A stretch of 64,000 nucleotides of DNA from Candidatus Latescibacterota bacterium (GTDB lineage Bacteria > Latescibacterota > UBA2968 > GCA-2709665). The notes below the pieces were generated by a model that saw only the letters and a list, made by a program, of their open reading frames with translations, made no database searches and had not been told where the DNA came from. The stretch covers positions 2,976,001 to 3,040,000 of the forward strand of contig OZ220733.1 in assembly GCA_965116875.1 (NCBI GenBank), in the 5' to 3' direction. Each line of letters opens with the position of its first letter. The stretch's first letter is position 1. The position numbers and the translations under genes were made by a program. Below, piece by piece: positions 18,908 to 25,855 of this stretch.

Positions 18908-21235
18908 CTACGGCAGCAACTCCGGTCCTCGTTCGTCTTCCCAATCCATACGCACGCGGTCCCGCCCGCCGCCGGTATGGTCGATACTGACGGTCCACAC
19001 GTTCGCGCGCCGGACGGTTTTCGTCGTGATTCCGGCGGTGACGCGGTCCGCGCCGAAGGGGTATATCACGTACCCTGTCCGGAACGGGAGCCGCGCCCGT
19101 CTCCTATATATGGCCACCGGCGCCGGCACGTCCTGTCCGCTGACCGCCAGCCAGCCCTGGACCGGGTCGTGCCGGCCGCAGACCGTCCGGGGCTTCATCC
19201 GGGTCAAAGGAAGCAGTTCCAGGTTGGGTGCGTCCATGCGCCCCGTCCGGACGGCGCCCGTATCCGGATCGATGAGCAGACGGAACGGCATGAAGTGGAA
19301 CAATGCCTCGTACGTATGGCTGCCTTCGCCTGTCAGTTCATCGAAGACGATGAAATAATCCGGTTTGACGAAAATCACCGCACGGCGATGCCGGACCGCC
19401 GCATCCAGATCCGCGTAGGCCGCGTCGTAGCTCGCAGCGGCAACGTCGGATCGGTCGTCCGAATTCCAGAACGTGGAATCGTGGGCGGACCGGGTCCATT
19501 CATCGATGGTCTGACTTCGGCCGCGGGCCTGCGCGCAGCCGTCGACAAGGACGGTATTGTGGGCCTGCGTGGTCGTATAGAACCGGGTCCACGGGTTGGT
19601 GTAGTACGAGGCGATGCCCGGATCCACGATGTACGGCGTGCCATGGGCGTAGACTTCGATGCTGAGTTTGTCCTCGTGCTGGTGCCAGCGGCCGTAGGGT
19701 CCTCCCTCGAAGAACAGATACCGGGCGTCGCGGTCCCAGCCGCTGCGCATGATGAAGTAGCCCGAGTCGCGCAGGGCGATCGAATGGTAGTCCGGCGGCG
19801 CGCCCTCGCGGCCTTCGGTGCCCACCCAAACGGCGGCGGGATTGTCGAAAATACGGCCCGGGCACGCCAGCGAGTCTCCGTATTTCGAGTCCATGCTTCC
19901 GGCATCGGAAACAGAGGGGTGGGTGAAGTCCGGGCGGGTGATGGCCACGCACCAGTCGAACATCGATCGAATGCCGGCTTCCAGTTCCGGGTCGATCGGA
20001 TGGTTGAATTTTCGCGCAACCCGAAATGACTCGAGAAACCAGGTGGCAATGCTCATCTGGTAACCGGGCGTCAGCTCGTAAGAAGCCCCGTCGGGCATCA
20101 CCTGGATGCGCATGTCCTCCAACAGCCGGCGATACCCTTCTTCGCGCCAGCTCGCTGCGTCCCTGAATTCGGGAAAGGCACAGCCCAGAGCCGCAATGGT
20201 CCGGGCTTCGGCGATGGTTTTGTTCGAGGGTGGGAAGGATTCGAAGCGCAGCAGACAGGCCTGGTGCTCGTAGATGGACTTGAGCATGTCGATGATCGTG
20301 GCGTCACCGGTTTCCGGACATGCGCAGAGTACGCGGAAAACGTCCACGAGTGTGCTGAACGGCCGGATGGCCGCCACAAGCGAATGGCCCCACGGGAATC
20401 CGCCGGCGCGAAGGCCGCGGGGGACCGGACAGCGCCGCATCCAGTCCGCGATGTATCGCTCGATGCCCTTCGCGTATTTCGCGTCTCCGGTCTGCCAGAA
20501 CGCGTCTATCGCCGGCCTCAGGAACAGGAGATAGTGAATGGCCAGCGTCCATTCGATGTAGCCGGTGGGATTGGCTTCCCAGTCGATCTCCGCCGACCAG
20601 TCCTGTCCCAGCACCCTGCCTTCCAGCACGCGGTCGGCCTGATCCGGATCGGTATTCGGCTCTTGTTCGCTCGGGACCAGTTCCCGGTCGAAGCCGCTGG
20701 ACCGGAAATACCTTGCAACCTCCGAAAGCGTAGATCCGCTCGGCGCGGCCTTCAGAAACTCCAGGCCGGTGTGGTCCGGATTCAGCGCGGCGATGAGGGC
20801 TTCATCCGTCATCCGCGGGCCGGGCGTTATTGCCCGTTCCACTAGGCGAATATTGCGAAACCGGCTGCCCTGGGGCCCCTCAATCGATGCCGATCGCATC
20901 TGTTGCCATCCCGAAGGAATCCCCTGCGTATAGAAACACTCGGCTGGGATCCGGAACTCCCGCCAGCCCTCCCAGATGTTTCCGCCGCGAGGCGAGACGA
21001 TGGCGTGGAACAGATAGCCGTCGTCCTCACTCATGCCCTCGGTGCGATGGCCCGACGTCATCCGGCACCAGAGCAGTCCGTTCGCGCCAGGCGGCAGAAA
21101 GACGTCGGCGCGAATCTCGTTTGACCGCCGCCAGTCCCCCGTATCCACCGGCAGGTCGACGTTTTCTTCGCGCTCGGATTCAAAAAGAAGCTGCTCCGAG
21201 ACGACCGTATCGTCCTTAAACTTCGCGAGGTCCAT
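18908..21235 (-). CDS. Heparinase II/III family polysaccharide lyase
   Basis: DGASYELTPGYQ, SGYFIMRSGW, HQHEDKLS, IVDPG..Y, AHNTVLVDG, HRRAVIFVKPDYFIVFD. Start at MDLAKF (AAGGGA upstream); no obvious signal peptide. Confidence 0.85.
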   Translation of the reverse strand: MDLAKFKDDTVVSEQLLFESEREENVDLPVDTGDWRRSNEIRADVFLPPGANGLLWCRMTSGHRTEGMSEDDGYLFHAIVSPRGGNIWEGWREFRIPAECFYTQGIPSGWQQMRSASIEGPQGSRFRNIRLVERAITPGPRMTDEALIAALNPDHTGLEFLKAAPSGSTLSEVARYFRSSGFDRELVPSEQEPNTDPDQADRVLEGRVLGQDWSAEIDWEANPTGYIEWTLAIHYLLFLRPAIDAFWQTGDAKYAKGIERYIADWMRRCPVPRGLRAGGFPWGHSLVAAIRPFSTLVDVFRVLCACPETGDATIIDMLKSIYEHQACLLRFESFPPSNKTIAEARTIAALGCAFPEFRDAASWREEGYRRLLEDMRIQVMPDGASYELTPGYQMSIATWFLESFRVARKFNHPIDPELEAGIRSMFDWCVAITRPDFTHPSVSDAGSMDSKYGDSLACPGRIFDNPAAVWVGTEGREGAPPDYHSIALRDSGYFIMRSGWDRDARYLFFEGGPYGRWHQHEDKLSIEVYAHGTPYIVDPGIASYYTNPWTRFYTTTQAHNTVLVDGCAQARGRSQTIDEWTRSAHDSTFWNSDDRSDVAAASYDAAYADLDAAVRHRRAVIFVKPDYFIVFDELTGEGSHTYEALFHFMPFRLLIDPDTGAVRTGRMDAPNLELLPLTRMKPRTVCGRHDPVQGWLAVSGQDVPAPVAIYRRRARLPFRTGYVIYPFGADRVTAGITTKTVRRANVWTVSIDHTGGGRDRVRMDWEDERGPELLP

Positions 21236-21272
21236 GGATTGTCCCTTTCGCGCAAGCGGTATCAAATCCACT

Positions 21273-21947
21273 TCAAGTGATACGAAGACACTCAACATTC
21301 GTCCGCACTACAACCGTACCGGCGATAAAATCATGTACCGCCCGACGCTTATCATTCGTGAGCATAGTAACGCATTCTGCAACCCACCAGGCCAGTACGA
21401 CGACAGACGTCCACATCTCACGTGAAGTCGTTGCATCGGTATCAGTTTCGGCGCCAGTTAGCAACTCACCAATGGGTAATCCCACTAAGAATCGATACGA
21501 CTCGTAAATAAGTAAGGGGGCCAAGATAAGCAATGGGATGCTGTCTCGGATCAAAGCATGTTTAAAAGTTATCGGTTCCTCGGTTTTTGCATCAACAACC
21601 CTTACGTATGTAGAACGCTTCCCGACAGTTTGTCCAAATCGACCATGCATATAAATTGTATAAACCCACCAATAAGCAGTATTCACTACCAAGACAATCA
21701 CGAAAAACCAACGCATATTCGCCCAGAATGAAACCTCTAGAGTAACATAGTATTGTAGAATCAAGGTAACTGGAAAGAGCACCACTCCATCAGTATAACT
21801 TGCCCATAGTCGAGGCCAGAAGGTTCGATATTTCTGGTCAGGATAAGCAGAATATCCCTTATAGAATCGCCAAGTATACAATGGAACAACAAGAAGTGAC
21901 ATACCAAAAGCTGCAAGAAATACGAACGCAAAAAAAGCAAATATCAT
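21273..21947 (-). CDS. RDD family membrane protein; AT-rich gene
   Basis: FWPRLWASYTD, GQTVGKR...VRVVD, ALIRD, KRRAVHDFIAGTVVV; AGGAGG RBS; roughly 40-45% GC by eye. Confidence 0.85.
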   Translation of the reverse strand: MIFAFFAFVFLAAFGMSLLVVPLYTWRFYKGYSAYPDQKYRTFWPRLWASYTDGVVLFPVTLILQYYVTLEVSFWANMRWFFVIVLVVNTAYWWVYTIYMHGRFGQTVGKRSTYVRVVDAKTEEPITFKHALIRDSIPLLILAPLLIYESYRFLVGLPIGELLTGAETDTDATTSREMWTSVVVLAWWVAECVTMLTNDKRRAVHDFIAGTVVVRTNVECLRIT

Positions 21948-22152
21948 ATATGCCTCCTGGTCCCACTCCCAAGATCATATGTAATTTCCACCCAGACAAG
22001 ATTTTATTTTACTACCCTGACAATGTTGAAAAAGACAGGCTGATATGTATCCGGGCGGCCCGGTTACGCCGACTGGTCGGGCAGCTTTCGAACCTGCCTC
22101 CGCTGTGCCCTTTCACGCCAGGACGTCGCCAAGCCCGGCTTGAACACGGGGG

Positions 22153-22180
22153 TTGACAACAGGACCGGGAAGGGTACATT
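22153..22180 (+). promoter_or_regulatory. Putative sigma70 promoter for hemB
   Basis: TTGACA (22153-22158), 16-nt spacer, TACATT (22175-22180). Confidence 0.5.
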
Positions 22181-22240
22181 CAGATTGTGCGTGGATTGGC
22201 ATCCCGCGCCGCATTTTGCTCTTTTTGCTCTTTGTTTCCG

Positions 22241-22360
22241 ATCCTGCTAATCCTGGTCCGTTTTGGTCTTGCTTTTGGTTCTTAATCCTGTTAATCCTGC
22301 TAATCCTGTGAATCCTGATCCGGTTTGGCCTTTCTCCTGTCCATCCTGTCTATCCATGTA
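22241..22360. repeat. 9-nt-period ATCCTG micro-repeat array
   Basis: ATCCTGCTA ATCCTG at 22241; TTAATCCTG TTAATCCTG CTAATCCTG TGAATCCTG at 22282-22317; CTCCTGTCC ATCCTGTCT ATCCATG from 22334. Confidence 0.8.
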
Positions 22361-22388
22361 AGTTTGCGTTTTTGAGAGAAGAGGTCAT

Positions 22389-23381
22389 ATGGAACTGACC
22401 TATCGACCCCGGCGGTTGAGGCGCACGGAACCCATACGGACCCTGGCGAGGGAGACCGTACTGAACGTCGGGGACCTGATCTATCCCATGTTCGTGACGG
22501 AAGGCGCCAACGTTCGCGAAGCCATCGACTCGATGCCCGGGCAGTTCCGGTTCTCTGTCGACGAACTCGTTCGGGAATGCGAGACGGTGTACGGCCTGGG
22601 CATCTGCGGCGTGAATCTGTTCGGCTATTCGGAGGAAAAGGACGAGCGCGCCACGATGGCGTACGCGCCGGATGGTTTGATCCAGAGGGCGGTCCGGGCA
22701 CTGAAGGCGGCGCTGCCTGATCTCTGCGTTCAGACGGACGTGGCGCTGGACCCCTACACCACGCACGGACACGACGGCCTGCTGATCGACGGCGAGATCG
22801 CCAACGACGAGAGCGTCGGGGTGCTGTGCAGAATGTCGCTTTCTCACGCCGAGGCGGGCGTGGACTGGGTGACCCCGTCGGACATGATGGACGGCAGAAT
22901 TGGCGCCGTCCGGGTGGCGCTGGACGACCATGGATTCAGCAATGTGGGCATCATGGCCTATTCCGCCAAATACGCATCCTGCTTCTACGGACCGTTTCGG
23001 GGCGCGCTCAAGTCCGCGCCCGTAAAGGCGCAAGGCGTCCCTGAGGACAAGAAGACGTACCAGATGGATCCCGCCAATATCCGGGAGGCGATGAAGGAAA
23101 TCACGCTGGATATCGAGGAAGGGGCGGACGTGGTGATGGTGAAACCCGCACTGCCGTACCTGGACGTCATCTCGAGCGCGCGGCAGAGCTTCGAAACGCC
23201 GATCGCGGCCTACAACGTGTCCGGCGAATACGGGATGGTCCTCGCGGCCGCCGACCGGGGCTGGGTGGAGAAGGAGCGCGCTATGGTCGAAACGCTGACG
23301 TCCATCAAACGGGCGGGCGCAGATATGATCCTGACCTACTTCGCCGTTGAAATGGCGCAATTGTTGAAGAATGCGACATAG
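22389..23381 (+). CDS. hemB: Porphobilinogen synthase (delta-aminolevulinic acid dehydratase), Asp-rich non-zinc type
   Basis: RPRRLR, DVALDPYTTHGHDG, PSDMMDG, YSAKY, FYGPFR, YQMDP, MVKP, YNVSGEY. Confidence 0.97.
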   Translation: MELTYRPRRLRRTEPIRTLARETVLNVGDLIYPMFVTEGANVREAIDSMPGQFRFSVDELVRECETVYGLGICGVNLFGYSEEKDERATMAYAPDGLIQRAVRALKAALPDLCVQTDVALDPYTTHGHDGLLIDGEIANDESVGVLCRMSLSHAEAGVDWVTPSDMMDGRIGAVRVALDDHGFSNVGIMAYSAKYASCFYGPFRGALKSAPVKAQGVPEDKKTYQMDPANIREAMKEITLDIEEGADVVMVKPALPYLDVISSARQSFETPIAAYNVSGEYGMVLAAADRGWVEKERAMVETLTSIKRAGADMILTYFAVEMAQLLKNAT

Positions 23382-23432
23382 GCGTCTCTCAGGCGCGTCA
23401 CGCGTGGAAAAACCGGATAAAGCAGAATTCCC

Positions 23433-23461
23433 TTGACAGGGCATTGAGAATTCGATATCGT
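23433..23461 (+). promoter_or_regulatory. Putative sigma70 promoter of the trpS leader
   Basis: TTGACA (23433-23438), 17-nt spacer, TATCGT (23456-23461). Confidence 0.6.
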
Positions 23462-23501
23462 TGACCGGTCATACACAATCCTGATGAAAAGGAAATTGAA
23501 A

Positions 23502-23579
23502 ATGGCGGCGCGCTGTGGAAATTCCGGAAGCTGGTGGCGGTACGACCTCAATCGTACCGGCCAGCTGACTGCGTGCTGA
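23502..23579 (+). CDS. Trp-Trp leader peptide of the trpS attenuator (MAARCGNSGSWWRYDLNRTGQLTAC)
   Basis: Hand translation; tandem TGG TGG at 23532-23537 followed by Arg, as in trpL peptides; AAGGA upstream. An in-frame alternative ATG lies at 23484. Confidence 0.8.
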   Translation: MAARCGNSGSWWRYDLNRTGQLTAC

Positions 23580-23608
23580 ATCTGAGAATCGATTTTTTGA
23601 GATCAACG

Positions 23609-23638
23609 TCCCTGCCGGCCCCCGGCGGGGATTTTTTT
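23609..23638 (+). terminator. Attenuator terminator upstream of trpS
   Basis: TCCCTGCCGG-CCC-CCGGCGGGGA stem followed by seven T, located between the leader peptide and trpS. Confidence 0.85.
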
Positions 23639-23651
23639 GGAGATTATGGAG

Positions 23652-24728
23652 ATGGATGAACGAAAACGGATCCTCACGGGCGACCGGCCCACGGGGAGAA
23701 TGCACCTGGGACATTACGTCGGCTCGTTGAAGAACCGGGTGCGGCTGCAGGACGAATACGAGTGCTTTTTCCTGGTGGCGGACCTGCATATGCTCACGAC
23801 CCGGCCGCAGAAGGAGCACATCCATGCCCTGCGGGAAAACGTGCGGGAGATGCTGCTGGACTATCTGGCGGTGGGTATCGATCCGTCCAGGTCGACCATT
23901 TATCTGCAGTCGGCAATCCACGCCGTATACGAGATGAATCTGTTCTTCGAGATGCTGGTGACGCTGCCGAGAGTCGCACGTTTGCCCAGCATCAAGGACA
24001 TGGCGCGCGCCGCCAGGCTGGACGAAGAGGCGATCCCCTTCGGGCTGGTCGGATACCCAATCTTGCAGGCGGCGGATATATTGACCCCCAGGGCGCACCT
24101 GGTTCCCGTGGGCAAGGACAACCTGGCGCACGTGGAGGTCACCCGGGAAATCGCCCGCCGGTTCAACAGCTACTACGGGGAGGTCTTCCCGATTCCGGAC
24201 GCGCTGATCGGCGAGGTCCCCGTTCTGGTGGGTACGGATGGCCAGGCCAAGATGAGCAAGAGCCTGGACAATGCGATTTTTCTGTCCGACGACGCGCAGA
24301 CCGTGAAGAAGAAGGTGCGCGGGATGTTTACGGATCCCAATCGGATCAGAGCCGACGTACCCGGTAGGGTGGAAGGGAATCCCGTATTCGTCTACCACGA
24401 CGCGTTCAATCCGGACAGGGAGGAAGTAGCGGACCTGAAGTCGAGGTACCGCGAGGGGACGGTCGGCGACGTGGAGGTGAAGGAGAAGCTCACGCGGGCG
24501 CTGAACGACTTTCTCGACCCGATCCGGGAGCGGAGGGCGCGATACGAAGCGGATTCCGGGTACGTGGAAAAGGTACTATACGAGGGAACGCAGCGCGTCC
24601 AGGTGGTCGCCGATGAAACGCTCAAGGCCATGAAGAAAGCGATGGGGCTCACAGGCGTCTGGAACCGCATTTCCAGAAAGGCCCGGGACCGGATGCGGAA
24701 GCAGGAAGCTACGGACTCAGGATCGTGA
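23652..24728 (+). CDS. trpS: Tryptophan--tRNA ligase (TGDRPTG / TrpRS-II-like type)
   Basis: [14 protein letters not shown] (HIGH), [22 protein letters not shown]. Start is ATG 23646 or 23652. Confidence 0.96.
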   Translation: MDERKRILTGDRPTGRMHLGHYVGSLKNRVRLQDEYECFFLVADLHMLTTRPQKEHIHALRENVREMLLDYLAVGIDPSRSTIYLQSAIHAVYEMNLFFEMLVTLPRVARLPSIKDMARAARLDEEAIPFGLVGYPILQAADILTPRAHLVPVGKDNLAHVEVTREIARRFNSYYGEVFPIPDALIGEVPVLVGTDGQAKMSKSLDNAIFLSDDAQTVKKKVRGMFTDPNRIRADVPGRVEGNPVFVYHDAFNPDREEVADLKSRYREGTVGDVEVKEKLTRALNDFLDPIRERRARYEADSGYVEKVLYEGTQRVQVVADETLKAMKKAMGLTGVWNRISRKARDRMRKQEATDSGS

Positions 24729-24788
24729 GAATATCCCTGGAACAACGTCCGGGCAATTCGACACGTATCGAATTCCGGTAATCGCAGT

Positions 24789-25730
24789 TCACCCCGCGGG
24801 AACAGCCCGCTCGCTGTCGGCCGCCTCGAAGAGGCCGGCGGCGAGCGCTTCAAGGCGGTCGCGCCAGGCCAATTTTTCGAGCCATCGGGCGGGGGCGCCC
24901 GACAAGCCCCACAGCGCGCCGGCGAGCTGTCCGGTCACCGCGGCCACCGTGTCGGCGTCACCGGCGAGATTGGCCGCCAGAATCAGGGCATCCTCAATCG
25001 AATCAGTCCGGTCCACGCACCACAGCGCCGCCTCGAGCGTGTGCACGACGTATCCCGAAGAGGAGATGTCATCGCGCTCCTTTGCGCGCCACGATCCGGC
25101 GGCCGCGTCAGCGATCAGGTTATCGCCGGTCCAGTCTCTGGCGCGCATGACGGTCTCCTTCGGCGCGCCGGCGATCGCCTCGATCAGCAGTTCGGCGTAG
25201 AGCGCGCAGGCCTCCACTGCGTGAGGGGCGCCGTGCGTAGTACGGCTCTGCAGCCGGGCGGCAGCCGTCGCTTTGCCTCGATCGCGCCACCAGCGGATCG
25301 CCACCGGCGACAGCCGCATCAACGAACCGTTGCCGGCGGTCCGGGGATCGGTGCTGCCGCTCAGCGGCTCTCCGGTTTTCTTAAAAGACAGGAGCGCGGC
25401 GTCCGTGGCATTCCCGATATCGAAACACACGCCGGTGACCGAATTGTATCCTTCCTCACGCCACCGGAGGAACCGCACCATCAGGTCGTGAATGTCCAGC
25501 CCACCCCGTTCCATCAGCGACTCCGCGAGACACAGGGCCATGCTGGTATCGTCGGTCCATTCCCCGGCGGCCAGCCCGAACGGACCCCCGCCCACCAGAT
25601 CGGTAACCGGCGGATTCGAGTCCCGCCCGGAGAATTCCAGCGTCGTGCCGAGCGCGTCGCCCAGCGCCAGCCCCACCAACGCCCCCCTGGCGCGATCAAG
25701 CGCCGCGATATCTGCCGTGGACTCAGCCAT
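24789..25730 (-). CDS. ADP-ribosylglycohydrolase (DraG/ARH family)
   Basis: GLALGDALG, WTDDTSMA, DIGNAT, GNGSLMR, TTH, GDADTVAAVTGQLAGA; GGAGGG RBS before MAESTAD. Confidence 0.93.
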   Translation of the reverse strand: MAESTADIAALDRARGALVGLALGDALGTTLEFSGRDSNPPVTDLVGGGPFGLAAGEWTDDTSMALCLAESLMERGGLDIHDLMVRFLRWREEGYNSVTGVCFDIGNATDAALLSFKKTGEPLSGSTDPRTAGNGSLMRLSPVAIRWWRDRGKATAAARLQSRTTHGAPHAVEACALYAELLIEAIAGAPKETVMRARDWTGDNLIADAAAGSWRAKERDDISSSGYVVHTLEAALWCVDRTDSIEDALILAANLAGDADTVAAVTGQLAGALWGLSGAPARWLEKLAWRDRLEALAAGLFEAADSERAVPAG

Positions 25731-25798
25731 ATCCCTCCACGATTCCGGTTTCTCTGCTGCCCGCCTGCTGCCAGGTATGAAAAGGGGTACTCGTCCTC

Positions 25799-25840
25799 GC
25801 AAAAGAGGGGGTGCGGCGGTCGCCGCACCCCCTCTTTTGC
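25799..25840. terminator. Strong hairpin, probably the terminator after the TBDR gene
   Basis: Perfect inverted repeat GCAAAAGAGGGGGTGCGGCG-GT-CGCCGCACCCCCTCTTTTGC. Confidence 0.75.
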
Positions 25841-25855
25841 CATCCTGCGGCTACA

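Noticed and set aside
22050-22150. GC-rich stretch with a TTCGAA loop resembling a tRNA T-arm or ncRNA
   Set aside because: I could not build a cloverleaf, acceptor stem or anticodon arm, and I recognise no RNA family motif.
24789-25730. ADP-ribosylglycohydrolase as part of a toxin-antitoxin or defence system
   Set aside because: No ADP-ribosyltransferase, macrodomain or other defence gene is adjacent.
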